DNA of 64,000 nt from Blastocatellia bacterium (GTDB lineage: Bacteria; Acidobacteriota; Blastocatellia; Chloracidobacteriales; JADJPF01), in assembly GCA_039812885.1 (NCBI GenBank), contig JBDIBI010000019.1:28275-92274 (forward strand), written 5' to 3'. A program made the position numbers and the translations under genes. Below, piece by piece: positions 30,415 through 41,316 of this stretch. Position 1 is the stretch's first letter. Every line of letters starts with the position of its first letter. Below the pieces are notes generated by a model that was not told the DNA's origin, did no database searches, and saw only the letters and a list, made by a program, of their open reading frames with translations.

Positions 30415-30828
30415 TTACTTATTGTTTTGAGCAGCTTGAACTCGAACTGTAGCGCGTTCAACTTTAGCTAAAGCATCACTAATATTTACTTCTTGATCTT
30501 TTTCTGCTGATTTCAAGAAGCGTTCTGCTGCTTCTAAATCACGGCGAGCGCTTTCTATATTAATGTCTTCAGGCTTTTCTGCCAAACTAGATAGTATTGT
30601 CACTTTATTTTTGAAAACTTCAACAAATCCACTACCTATAACTGCAGTTTGCTCTTTTCCCTCATCACGGTATTTGAGGATACCTGCTATTGCTAGTTGA
30701 GAAATTAAGGGAGTATGCTCAGGTAAAATACCAATCTCACCAGTTAATGTTGGTATTTGTACTTCTGTTACTTCTTGTGAAAGCAACACACGTTCAGGGG
30801 TAATAATTTCTAACTTTAGCTTTGCCAT
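30415..30828 (-). CDS. atpC: F1 ATP synthase epsilon subunit
   Basis: LEIITPER, GEIGILPEHTPLIS, GFVEV; follows atpD. Confidence 0.95.
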   Translation of the reverse strand: MAKLKLEIITPERVLLSQEVTEVQIPTLTGEIGILPEHTPLISQLAIAGILKYRDEGKEQTAVIGSGFVEVFKNKVTILSSLAEKPEDINIESARRDLEAAERFLKSAEKDQEVNISDALAKVERATVRVQAAQNNK

Positions 30829-30860
30829 ATTTTTACTTAAGAATCTTTTAGAGAGTTAAT

Positions 30861-30885
30861 AACCCGGCAAAGCATTTACCGGGTT
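30861..30885 (-). other. Intergenic hairpin between atpD and atpC
   Basis: AACCCGG(C)AAA-gca-TTT(A)CCGGGTT. Confidence 0.55.
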
Positions 30886-30912
30886 CATTTTATTGTTTAC
30901 AGAAGCTATAAG

Positions 30913-32415
<1,503 letters not shown>

Positions 32416-32516
32416 TTAGTTGTAATAAATAAAGGGACTAAAATATCATAAGCCGTTGTTTTTGACTAGTAACCCTGCCCGATCCTTTTAATCCCAGGTT
32501 GCGCTTCTTGAACCCC

Positions 32517-32845
32517 CAGGGTAGCGCTTCTTGAACCCCAGGTTGCACTCGTTACACTCGCTAAAACCTGGGGCTAATATGGGTTGAACTAATATTAACA
32601 GGGTAGCGCTTCTTGAACCCCAGGTTGCACTCGTTACACTCGCTAAAACCTGGGGCTAATATGGGTTGAACTAATATTAACAGGGTAGCGCTTCTTGAAC
32701 CCCAGGTTGCACTCGTTACACTCGCTAAAACCTGGGGCTAATATGGGTTGAACTAATATTAACAGGGTAGCGCTTCTTGAATCCCCAGGTAGCGCTCGTT
32801 TCACTCGCTAAAACCTGGGGCTAATATGGGTTGAACTAATATTAA
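32517..32845. repeat. Tandem array of four 82-bp REP-like hairpin units
   Basis: Units start at 32517, 32599, 32681, 32763; first three identical, fourth 83 bp with few changes; partial unit from ~32493. Confidence 0.95.
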
Positions 32846-32930
32846 TTTGAGCAATTTCAATAAATACTTTAGTGTGGGATTTTGGTGAAAAATTAGCCTG
32901 GAGTTTAGCTAAACTCAGAATTGGGAAAAT

Positions 32931-32975
32931 ATATTAGCCTGGGGTTTTAGCGAGTGTAACGAGCGCAACCCCAGG
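32931..32975 (-). repeat. Inverted copy of the REP-like hairpin core
   Basis: Revcomp CCTGGGGTTGCGCTCGTTACACTCGCTAAAACCCCAGGCTAATAT. Confidence 0.85.
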
Positions 32976-33012
32976 AAACGAGCGCAATATGACGAAACAA
33001 TTAGGAATAAGT

Positions 33013-34158
33013 ATGAATATATTAGTTGCTCCAAGTAATTTTAAAGAGTCAATATCTGCAAGTTTAGCTGCCTCAATAATAACAAGAGTTGTTAAAGATT
33101 TTTTACCTGATGCTTTGATCTGGGAAGTTCCTTTAGCTGATGGTGGATCTGGAACAGTAGATTCTTTGCTTCAAGCTATTGGTGGAGAAAAGATTTATTG
33201 CCAAGTTTCTGATCCACTTGATCGAAAAATCTCTGCCTATTATGGATTATTAGTAGATAAAACTACAGCAGTAATAGAAATGGCTGCTAGTAGTGGATTA
33301 GCATTGCTTTCTGTCTCTGAGCGCAATCCAATGTTTTCTAGTAGTTATGGTTGTGGGGAATTAATAGTTGATGCTATAGCAAGAGGAGCTAAAAAGATAA
33401 TTCTTGGTTTAGGTGACACTGCTACTGTAGATGGTGGCATAGGTTTGTTACAAGCTTTAGGGGTAAAACTTTTAGATGTAAAGGGTAAAGAAGTTGAAAA
33501 AGGAGCTAGAGGACTAAAACAAATTGTTAGGCTAGATGCTCTAGAAGCAATAAAATTACTAGAAAAAGTGGAACTTATCATAGCCTCTGACGTGGAAAAC
33601 CTATTATTAGGTGAAAAAGGTGCAGCAAAAGTATTTGGCCCACAAAAAGGAGCAACTCTTCAAATGGTTCAAGAGCTAGAAGAAGGTCTAGAACATTGGG
33701 CTAATATACTTATGCAAACAGCAGAATTTGATAGAAATTTAGTAGGGGCAGGTGCAGCTGGTGGAGTGGCAACAGGATTGGTTTCTCTTTTTAAGGCTAA
33801 GATCATTTCTGGAAGTCAGTTAATTTTTGATAGTCATAATTTGAATGAAAAAATTTCTCTGTCCCAGATAATTTTTACAGGGGAAGGTTCAATAGATGAA
33901 CAAACCCTACAAGGTAAAATGCCTTCTAAGTTGGCTAAAGCAGCAAAAATAGCAGGTATTCCATTAGTTGCTTTTACTGCTCGTATATTAATGGATAATA
34001 ATAACTTACAAAAACAAGGATTTACTCTAGTTGTACCAATAGTTGATCAAGTGATGGAACTTGAAAAAGCATATAAATTGGCACCAAAATTGCTTGAACA
34101 AGCTGTTTATAGGACTTTGCAAGCTATGTTTTTAGGTAGCAGAGTATTCTTGTCATAA
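33013..34158 (+). CDS. glxK: Glycerate kinase (GlxK/GarK family)
   Basis: ILVAP..FKES, PLADGG.GT, IEMAASSGL, FGPQKGA, GAGAAGG, TGEG.ID.QT..GK. Confidence 0.9.
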   Translation: MNILVAPSNFKESISASLAASIITRVVKDFLPDALIWEVPLADGGSGTVDSLLQAIGGEKIYCQVSDPLDRKISAYYGLLVDKTTAVIEMAASSGLALLSVSERNPMFSSSYGCGELIVDAIARGAKKIILGLGDTATVDGGIGLLQALGVKLLDVKGKEVEKGARGLKQIVRLDALEAIKLLEKVELIIASDVENLLLGEKGAAKVFGPQKGATLQMVQELEEGLEHWANILMQTAEFDRNLVGAGAAGGVATGLVSLFKAKIISGSQLIFDSHNLNEKISLSQIIFTGEGSIDEQTLQGKMPSKLAKAAKIAGIPLVAFTARILMDNNNLQKQGFTLVVPIVDQVMELEKAYKLAPKLLEQAVYRTLQAMFLGSRVFLS

Positions 34159-34268
34159 ATTTGGTAAATCTTGCCCTAAATTTGAGACAAAATAAATCAA
34201 CTTAAGAAATTAATGTAATAAATTAATACAGCCTAAATGTCTTCTACTAGGAATTAGATAGGTGAGCT

Positions 34269-35147
34269 ATGAATAGGATGTTAAAAAAAATATCTTCTTT
34301 CTCAAAGCCGCTTTTTATGGTGGTTGCTCTTTTATTGGTATTGTTGACAGGAGTAATTGATTGTTTGACAGGCCCGGAAATATCGATGTCATTGTTTTAT
34401 TTAATTCCTGTTGCTATAGCAGCATGGTATGTTGGGAAAGTTGAAGGAACTATAGTTTCTTTTCTGGCTGCACTAGATTGGTTTTTAGCAAAGTTACCTG
34501 GATATCAAACTATGTATTCTAATCCAGCAATACCTTATTGGAACGCTTTTGTAGAGTTAAGTTTCTTTTTGATAATAACTTTTACTCTAGCTAGTTTGAA
34601 GAAAAAGTGGGATATAGAAACACAATTAGCTAGAACTGATGTTTTAACAAAGGTTTCCAACCGTCGCACATTTTTGGAAACGCTAGCTTTGGAGATAGAA
34701 AGAGCTAATCGCTATCAACACCCTTTATCTTTAGCCTATATAGATTTGGATAATTTCAAATGGGTTAATGATCATTTAGGACATGCTGAAGGCGATAAAT
34801 TACTTGTTTGTGTTGGAAGTATACTTAAAGAGAAAACTCGTTTAACAGATTCTGTTGCTCGTTTAGGGGGAGATGAATTTGCTGTGCTATTACCAGAAAC
34901 TAACCCTATTGATGCTAAAGTAGCCATGGATAAGCTACAAGAAGAATTATTAGCTGCAATGGAACTAAATAATTGGCCTGTAACCTTTAGCATAGGGTTA
35001 GTTTCTTTTATAGAAGTACCTGATTCAGTAGATTTACTAGTTAATGAAGCTGATATATTAATGTATAGTGTAAAAAAATCAGGGAAAAATAGAATTTCCC
35101 ATAAAGTTGTTAAAAGCCAAGAGTTAGGCTTAGTTATTTCTGGATAA
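34269..35147 (+). CDS. Membrane diguanylate cyclase (GGDEF)
   Basis: N-terminal TMs, DLDNFKWVND..GH..GD, RLGGDEF. Confidence 0.93.
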   Translation: MNRMLKKISSFSKPLFMVVALLLVLLTGVIDCLTGPEISMSLFYLIPVAIAAWYVGKVEGTIVSFLAALDWFLAKLPGYQTMYSNPAIPYWNAFVELSFFLIITFTLASLKKKWDIETQLARTDVLTKVSNRRTFLETLALEIERANRYQHPLSLAYIDLDNFKWVNDHLGHAEGDKLLVCVGSILKEKTRLTDSVARLGGDEFAVLLPETNPIDAKVAMDKLQEELLAAMELNNWPVTFSIGLVSFIEVPDSVDLLVNEADILMYSVKKSGKNRISHKVVKSQELGLVISG

Positions 35148-36575
35148 AGGGATTCCGAATTTCTTTATTTTTAAGTATAAAGAGTTTCTAGATAAGCCTA
35201 ACTTTTTAGCTGCTGGTTCAACTCGACCATTAGTACTTTTAAGTACTCGCTCAATATGAAGTTTTTCATTTTCATCTAAAGTTAAGTTGGACAGATCTTG
35301 AATTTGATTGACTTCAGTTTTATGGCCATTGTTGGTTACTTTTGCAGATGGTTTAACTTCTATAACTTCTGGAGTTTCTGGTTCTAATTTCTCTGAATTG
35401 ATAGTTTTAGCAGGCGAATCCAACAACAGATCACTAGCAGAAAGAACATTACTATCACTAAGCAAAACAGCATGTTCTAAAACATTGCGTAGTTGTCTAA
35501 TATTTCCTGGCCAAGAATAATTTTGCAGAGCTTTTTCTGCATCCTTTGAAAGAAAAACCTCTCCATGACGTAAGTGAGCTAAATCTCTTAAAATATATTC
35601 AGCTAGAACTGGAATATCTTCGGCTCTTTCACGAAGTGAAGGAGTACGTAAAGGAATTGTGCTGATACGGAAATAAAGGTCACTACGGAACTTTTTTTCT
35701 TCTACTAACTGGTGCAAGTGCTGATGAGTAGCGGCAATTAACCTAACATCAACTTGGCGATCAGTTGTACTTCCTAATCTACGAAAGCGTTTTTCTTCTA
35801 GTACTTTTAGGAGTTTAGGTTGAATTTGTGGATCTACATCTCCTATTTCATCTAAAAACATTGTGCCTCTATGAGCAACTTCAAAAAGACCGGATTTGCT
35901 GGCTACAGCACTAGTAAAGGCACCTTTTTCATGTCCAAAAAGTTCTGTTTCCAAAAATTCTTTGCTTAAACCAGCACAATTAAGATCTACAAATGCTTCA
36001 TCTGAACGAGGACTATTTTCATGTATCCATTTAGCTAAAACTCCTTTACCTGTACCGGTTTCGCCTAGGATTAAAATAGGGCTATCAGAATTAGCTACAC
36101 GACGCACTTTTTCTTTAAGTTGCTGTATTACTCGGCTTGTACCAAGAAATGGATCAAAACTTTTATTAACTAGTTGAGTTTTATTGGCAATAAGTTTTTG
36201 TTTATTTCGCTGATTTTCTAAAAGCCGCTCTAAAATAACTAGAAGTGTTGGCAACTCAATTGGCTTAGTGAGAAACTGTTCTGCTCCTAATTTAATAGCT
36301 TGAACTGCCAATTCTATTGAGCCATGAGCCGTTAAAATAAGCAAAGGCACATCAGGAGCTATTTCCTTAAATAATGTTAGTAAGTCTAGTGCTGTTCCAT
36401 CTGGCAATGAATAATCCAACACCACGGCATCAGGCGAAGAGTTTTTAAATATCTCACGAGCTTTTTCACAATTATAAGCTTCTAAAACATTATAACCTTT
36501 TGACCCCAAAAATTTACGTATTCCAAATCGAATTCCTGGCTCATCATCTACTACTAAGATTTTGTTTCTTGACAT
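35130..36575 (-). CDS. Sigma54-dependent response regulator (NtrC/AtoC family)
   Basis: Receiver (VVDDE, D, KP), GETGTGK, ELFGHEKGAFTSA, FLDEIG, WPGNIRQL, Fis-type HTH. Confidence 0.95.
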   Translation of the reverse strand: MSRNKILVVDDEPGIRFGIRKFLGSKGYNVLEAYNCEKAREIFKNSSPDAVVLDYSLPDGTALDLLTLFKEIAPDVPLLILTAHGSIELAVQAIKLGAEQFLTKPIELPTLLVILERLLENQRNKQKLIANKTQLVNKSFDPFLGTSRVIQQLKEKVRRVANSDSPILILGETGTGKGVLAKWIHENSPRSDEAFVDLNCAGLSKEFLETELFGHEKGAFTSAVASKSGLFEVAHRGTMFLDEIGDVDPQIQPKLLKVLEEKRFRRLGSTTDRQVDVRLIAATHQHLHQLVEEKKFRSDLYFRISTIPLRTPSLRERAEDIPVLAEYILRDLAHLRHGEVFLSKDAEKALQNYSWPGNIRQLRNVLEHAVLLSDSNVLSASDLLLDSPAKTINSEKLEPETPEVIEVKPSAKVTNNGHKTEVNQIQDLSNLTLDENEKLHIERVLKSTNGRVEPAAKKLGLSRNSLYLKIKKFGIPLSRNN

Positions 36576-36624
36576 CTGCTTTACCTCGTTTGCCTCATTT
36601 TGTCTTTATTTTCTTTTACTTGTC

Positions 36625-38172
36625 TTATTCTGCTTCACTTGCTTGAGTTTTTTGATTTTCTATGACTGGCAATAATACTGTCACTTTAGCCCCACCTTCA
36701 GAAGAATTTGCTATAGCAATTTTACCATTATGTTGATCTACAATGCGATTTACTATTGGAAGCCCTAAACCTGTTCCTCCAGAACGTTTAGAAAAGAAAG
36801 GCTCAAAAACTTTAGGCATATCTTCTTTAATAAAACCTGGCCCAGAATCTTGAACAATTGCTTCTAACCAAGTTGCGTCATTATGCGTAGTTGTATTCAC
36901 TGTAATTTTAACAGTAGAATTTTTAGGAGAATGACGAATAGCATTATCTAAAAGATTTTGAAAGACTTGAATTAATCGGCTTTCATCCATTGGTACAAGT
37001 AAATCTTTAGTTATTTGGTACTCTATTTTAACTTTTTGCTCATTTGATAAAAGTTCACAAGCTTTAATTGCTTGGTTAATTACAATGTCAATTGGGCTAG
37101 GAATAAGTTCTTGATTTGATGGTTTACCATATTCCAATAAATCCCTCATCAAATAAGTAAGTCTTGTTAATTCACTATGCAAGATATCTAAATATTCTTT
37201 ATATTCAGGATGATCTGGGAAATCTTCTTCAAAAGCATCTAAAGTTGCAGTCATGCTAAAGAGAGGGTTTCTAACTTCATGTGCTACACCTGCCACTAAT
37301 GAACCTAAAGCAGACATCATTTCACTGCGTCGCAAAGATTCTTGAAGCTCTACTAACTTGGAAATATCTTTAATTACTAGAATTATTCGTTCTGCTAAGG
37401 TTTGGGTGCTATTAGAAAAAGTAATGGAGATATCCCAATTTTTTTTGGTAGTAATATCTTGTACTTGACAAGAAATAGCAGAATGATTTGCCTTAATAAA
37501 TTTCATACATTCATAGGCAGTTTTCCAAGGTTCTTTTTTGTTTAGAGTTTTAATGTTTTTACCAACAATATTTCCAAAATTTGAAGTAGTTGCTAAATCA
37601 TTGGTAGCTTTATTGGTACGGAGAATTTTTCCTTTACTATCAAGTACAATTATTGGGGATTCAATAGCATTAAAGGTCATTTGCCATTCTTGAGCAGCAG
37701 TTTGAAGAAAAGATTGGAGTTTTTGTTGATGTTCTTCCGAACGTTTTTGTTCTGTTAAATCACGAGTAACTTTAGCAAAACCAAGCAATTCCCCATCTTC
37801 AGTGTGTAAGGGTGCAATGGTTGTGTTTGCCCAAAAAACATCTCCATTCTTGCGCACTCTCCAACCTTTGCTTTCAAACTGTCCTTCCAACTCAGCAAAT
37901 GTTAGGTTTCTTTCTGGAACCCCTTTTTTTTGATCTTCTAAAGTATAGAAACAGGAAAAATGCTTACCTATTATTTCATCTGCTTTGTAACCTTTAATGT
38001 TTTCTGCTCCATCATTCCAGCTTATTACATTTCCTCTCTTATCAAGCATATAGATGGCATAGTCTTTTACACTTTTTACTAATAGACCAAAATAATGCTC
38101 GCGATAGCTATCTATAAGCAGATCACGGTGTTTTCTTATTATTTCTTTAGGCATTTTTTCTTCTTTTTCCAT
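36625..38172 (-). CDS. Cytoplasmic PAS-PAS sensor histidine kinase
   Basis: PAS (WNDGAE.IKGY), H-box AHEVRNPL, N-box NLLDNA, DSGPG, GTGLGL; no TM. Confidence 0.93.
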   Translation of the reverse strand: MEKEEKMPKEIIRKHRDLLIDSYREHYFGLLVKSVKDYAIYMLDKRGNVISWNDGAENIKGYKADEIIGKHFSCFYTLEDQKKGVPERNLTFAELEGQFESKGWRVRKNGDVFWANTTIAPLHTEDGELLGFAKVTRDLTEQKRSEEHQQKLQSFLQTAAQEWQMTFNAIESPIIVLDSKGKILRTNKATNDLATTSNFGNIVGKNIKTLNKKEPWKTAYECMKFIKANHSAISCQVQDITTKKNWDISITFSNSTQTLAERIILVIKDISKLVELQESLRRSEMMSALGSLVAGVAHEVRNPLFSMTATLDAFEEDFPDHPEYKEYLDILHSELTRLTYLMRDLLEYGKPSNQELIPSPIDIVINQAIKACELLSNEQKVKIEYQITKDLLVPMDESRLIQVFQNLLDNAIRHSPKNSTVKITVNTTTHNDATWLEAIVQDSGPGFIKEDMPKVFEPFFSKRSGGTGLGLPIVNRIVDQHNGKIAIANSSEGGAKVTVLLPVIENQKTQASEAE

Positions 38173-38220
38173 AAGTATCCTTTAGTTTTTAACCTTTAAA
38201 AATAGTCCAATTTTTTGTAC

Positions 38221-38236
38221 AGCGAAAAATATGCCA
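38221..38236 (-). promoter_or_regulatory. Putative sigma54 promoter for kinase-regulator operon
   Basis: Minus strand TGGCAT-ATTTT-TCGC (GG-N10-GC). Confidence 0.55.
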
Positions 38237-38385
38237 AAGTGATGTGCCAGACTTTAACAGGCAAATTTCTCATTTTTAGGAAAATTTGTCCTAATTTTAA
38301 TACAAATTCTAATTTGAACAACTTTTGTTACATAAAAATTTACAAAAAATGCTTCCATTAGCCTAATTTAAGGGTTTTTAGCTTA

Positions 38386-38400
38386 TGGCACACAGATTGC
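38386..38400 (+). promoter_or_regulatory. Sigma54 (-24/-12) promoter of htpX operon
   Basis: TGGCAC-ACAGA-TTGC, consensus match, 33 nt before htpX ATG. Confidence 0.85.
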
Positions 38401-38433
38401 CTTTAGAAAAGGTCACTTACAAAAGGAGGACAT

Positions 38434-39270
38434 ATGAATCGAATTAAAACAGCAATGTTATTAGCCTTACTAACCGCATTGCTGCTTACAATGGGTTTAG
38501 TAATTGGTGGAAAAATGGGGTTAATAATAGCTTTAACCTTAGCTTTACTAATGAACTTTGGAGCTTATTGGTTTTCAGATCGCATTGTACTTAGGATGTA
38601 CAACGCACAAGAGTTAACCGAAGATGAAGACCCAGAAATTTTTGAAATTGTAAGAGATCTAACTAGAAAAGCTGATATGCCAATGCCAAAGCTCTACCTA
38701 ATAGAAGAAGAAGCTCCAAATGCATTTGCTACAGGTCGAAATCCTAAGCATGCAGCAGTTGCAGTAACTACTGGACTCTTGGAATTACTTGACGAAGAAG
38801 AACTTGCTGGAGTTATTGCACATGAATTAGCACACGTAAAAAATCGAGACACTTTGGTTATGAGTGTTACTGCTACTATAGCAGGTGCTTTAGGTATGTT
38901 AGCTAATTTTGGGTTATTTTTTGGTGCTTCAGATGATGATGATAGCCCAAACCCTGTGGTTGCACTACTTGGAGTAATTATTGCTCCTATAGCTGCTGGA
39001 CTAATTCAAATGGCTATTTCTCGCTCTCGTGAGTTTATGGCTGATGAAACTGGGGCACGCTTGACTACTAACCCAATGGCTTTAGCTAATGCCTTATACA
39101 AAATTGAAAATTGGAGTAAACAAGTTGTTATGCAACAAGGCAGTCCTGCAACAGGTCATATGTTCATAATTAATCCTTTTTCAGGTGCTAAGCTTGCTAG
39201 TTTGTTTAGCACTCATCCAGCTACAGAAGCTCGTATTGAGAGATTAGAACTACTTGCTAGAACCATGTAG
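38434..39270 (+). CDS. htpX: Membrane zinc metalloprotease HtpX
   Basis: PNAFATGRNP, HELAH, ISRSREF.AD, STHP....RI. Confidence 0.95.
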   Translation: MNRIKTAMLLALLTALLLTMGLVIGGKMGLIIALTLALLMNFGAYWFSDRIVLRMYNAQELTEDEDPEIFEIVRDLTRKADMPMPKLYLIEEEAPNAFATGRNPKHAAVAVTTGLLELLDEEELAGVIAHELAHVKNRDTLVMSVTATIAGALGMLANFGLFFGASDDDDSPNPVVALLGVIIAPIAAGLIQMAISRSREFMADETGARLTTNPMALANALYKIENWSKQVVMQQGSPATGHMFIINPFSGAKLASLFSTHPATEARIERLELLARTM

Positions 39271-39294
39271 GGTTAATTGCATAAGGAAAAACTC

Positions 39295-39561
39295 ATGATT
39301 AAACAGCGCTTGTCAGAAATCTTGGGGTACACATTGATAATAGTAGGGTTGATAGGGTTTTTGATTCCCATCATGCCATCTGTTCCTTTTCTCCTTGCAG
39401 GCGCAGCATTAGTTGGAAAAGATGATCCTCATCTCCAACTAATGCTAAGCAAAACAAAAGAAATTAAAGAAAAGCTAAAAAATAAATTCTCTAAACTCTT
39501 TGTTAAAAAAGGATTACAAGAAAATGTAAGAGAAACCAACAAATCAGTAGATATAGCCTAA
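39295..39561 (+). CDS. Small membrane protein (PGPGW/DUF454-like)
   Basis: G..LI..G..G..IP.MP..PFLL.G pattern; located between htpX and terC. Confidence 0.6.
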   Translation: MIKQRLSEILGYTLIIVGLIGFLIPIMPSVPFLLAGAALVGKDDPHLQLMLSKTKEIKEKLKNKFSKLFVKKGLQENVRETNKSVDIA

Positions 39562-39645
39562 GGTATTAATCTTAGGCTTAACATAACAGGTATATACTTT
39601 ACAATTAATTACTTATTTAACAGTTACTTGAAAGGCAGACAATAA

Positions 39646-40683
39646 ATGGACGTAATACTATTTCCTTTTTCGGACTATTGGTGGCTATATGGTGTGTTTA
39701 TGCTCTTTGTATTTGGGATGCTAGCGCTTGATCTAGGCGTTTTTCATAGAAAAGCCCATATAGTTTCTTTTAAGGAATCGGCTATATGGAGTGTGGTTTG
39801 GATAGCATTAGCTTTGTTGTTCAATTTAGGACTTTATAGTTATGCTTCTTGGAAATTTGCCCAAGATGCTAGATTGCTAGCTGTTCCTGGATTTGATCCA
39901 AGTGCTGCTGCACAAGCAGTAGGATTACAATTTTTAACAGGCTATGTTATTGAAAAATCACTCTCTGTAGATAACATCTTTATATTTGTGATGGTATTTA
40001 GTTACTTTGCTATTCCAGCACTTTATCAACATAGAGTTTTGTTTTATGGAATTCTTGGTGCGCTAGTATTTAGAGCAATATTTATTGCTATGGGTGCTGC
40101 TTTAATGCAATACCATTGGGTAATCTGGATATTTGGTGCTTTCTTAATTTTAACTGGTATAAAGATGTTTTGGGCTGGAGATGAAAAAATTGAACCTGAG
40201 AAAAATCCTTTGATTCGTTTATTCCGTCGTTTTGTTCCTGTAACTAATGAGCTACACGGACAAAACTTCTTTACCAAAATTAACGGAGTTCTATATGCTA
40301 CACCACTCTTTATTGCTCTACTTTTCTTAGAACTCACAGACGTTATTTTTGCTATAGACTCAGTTCCAGCAATATTTGCCATTACTAAAGAGCCGTTGAT
40401 TGTATTTACCTCTAACATATTTGCCATATTGGGGCTTCGTTCTTTGTACTTTATGTTAGCTGGAGCAGTAGACAAATTCCATATGCTTAAATATGGATTA
40501 GCTACAATCCTTGTGTTTGTTGGTCTTAAGATGGCTTGGCTTAATGATATGTTTAATGGAAAATTCCCTATAGTACTTTCATTAGGCATTATCTTTGGTG
40601 TATTAGCAATTTCTATGGTGTTATCACTTTGCTTTCCTAAAAAAAGGGAAACAATAGGTAAGCAAGAAACTGTATTAAATTAA
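39646..40683 (+). CDS. terC: TerC/Alx family membrane protein
   Basis: EKSLSVDNIF, QHRVLFYGI.GA, D..FAIDSVPAI, SNIFAILGLRSLYF. Confidence 0.92.
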   Translation: MDVILFPFSDYWWLYGVFMLFVFGMLALDLGVFHRKAHIVSFKESAIWSVVWIALALLFNLGLYSYASWKFAQDARLLAVPGFDPSAAAQAVGLQFLTGYVIEKSLSVDNIFIFVMVFSYFAIPALYQHRVLFYGILGALVFRAIFIAMGAALMQYHWVIWIFGAFLILTGIKMFWAGDEKIEPEKNPLIRLFRRFVPVTNELHGQNFFTKINGVLYATPLFIALLFLELTDVIFAIDSVPAIFAITKEPLIVFTSNIFAILGLRSLYFMLAGAVDKFHMLKYGLATILVFVGLKMAWLNDMFNGKFPIVLSLGIIFGVLAISMVLSLCFPKKRETIGKQETVLN

Positions 40684-40706
40684 ACATTTAGGAGGCAAAA
40701 GTACTT

Positions 40707-41180
40707 ATGATTATGACAGATGTTGAAAACCCGACAAAAATAACTTTTAAGACACCTGCACAGAAAAGTTGTTATGAGAAAATAAAACCTTGGATAGAGG
40801 AATGGTTTGGGGAAATCTCAGTTTGTGATAGCACTATCCCGTTATTTTCAATTCCATTTCGCTCAGCTATTGCACATGTGATAGTAAACCCTTGGTATGA
40901 TGATGCAGTAATTACTACTAGGGCTTATGTAGTTTCAGGAGCAACCCTTTCTTCTGATTTACTACACTTCTTACTTAGAAAAAATGTATCTATGCGCTTT
41001 GGTGCTTTTGGTATAGATGATGATGGAGAAATCTTGTTTGAACATAATATTGTTGGTTCAACTTGTGATAGGGAAGAATTAAATGCTTCTATTGTTGAAG
41101 TTATGAGAATGGCAAATAAATATGATGATGAAATCATTGAAAAATGGGGTGGAAAAAGAGCCATAGATTTGGCTAGATAA
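40707..41180 (+). CDS. YbjN/T3SS-chaperone-like domain protein
   Basis: LL..N..MRFGAFGIDDDG.I...H......D..EL, YDDEI...WGG. Confidence 0.75.
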   Translation: MIMTDVENPTKITFKTPAQKSCYEKIKPWIEEWFGEISVCDSTIPLFSIPFRSAIAHVIVNPWYDDAVITTRAYVVSGATLSSDLLHFLLRKNVSMRFGAFGIDDDGEILFEHNIVGSTCDREELNASIVEVMRMANKYDDEIIEKWGGKRAIDLAR

Positions 41181-41244
41181 ACCTTTGAGTTTTACTAACA
41201 CCTTTCTATTTTTCTGCTGTAATTGACTGTGAGGCATATTAAGA

Positions 41245-41282
41245 AAGTAGCTTTCCTTACAAGAAAGCTACTTATTTTTTTT
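41245..41282 (+). terminator. Rho-independent terminator
   Basis: AAGTAGCTTTC / GAAAGCTACTT 11-bp stem + T-run. Confidence 0.8.
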
Positions 41283-41316
41283 CATAAAACTAAACCAAGC
41301 GAGAGGAAATAAAGCT

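Noticed and set aside
32517-32845. CRISPR array
   Set aside because: Units are identical over their whole 82 bp with no unique spacers, and no cas genes are in the window
38233-38249. Additional sigma54 site TGGCAC-ATCAC-TTTGGC on minus strand
   Set aside because: GG-to-GC spacing is not N10; the adjacent site at 38221-38236 fits better
39562-39645. yybP-ykoY Mn riboswitch upstream of terC
   Set aside because: No GGGGAGTAG-type consensus; only a simple AGCCTAAG/CTTAGGCT hairpin overlapping the previous stop
40044-40589. 181-aa antisense ORF
   Set aside because: Shadow of terC on the opposite strand; the same applies to the other short ORFs nested antisense or out-of-frame in long genes
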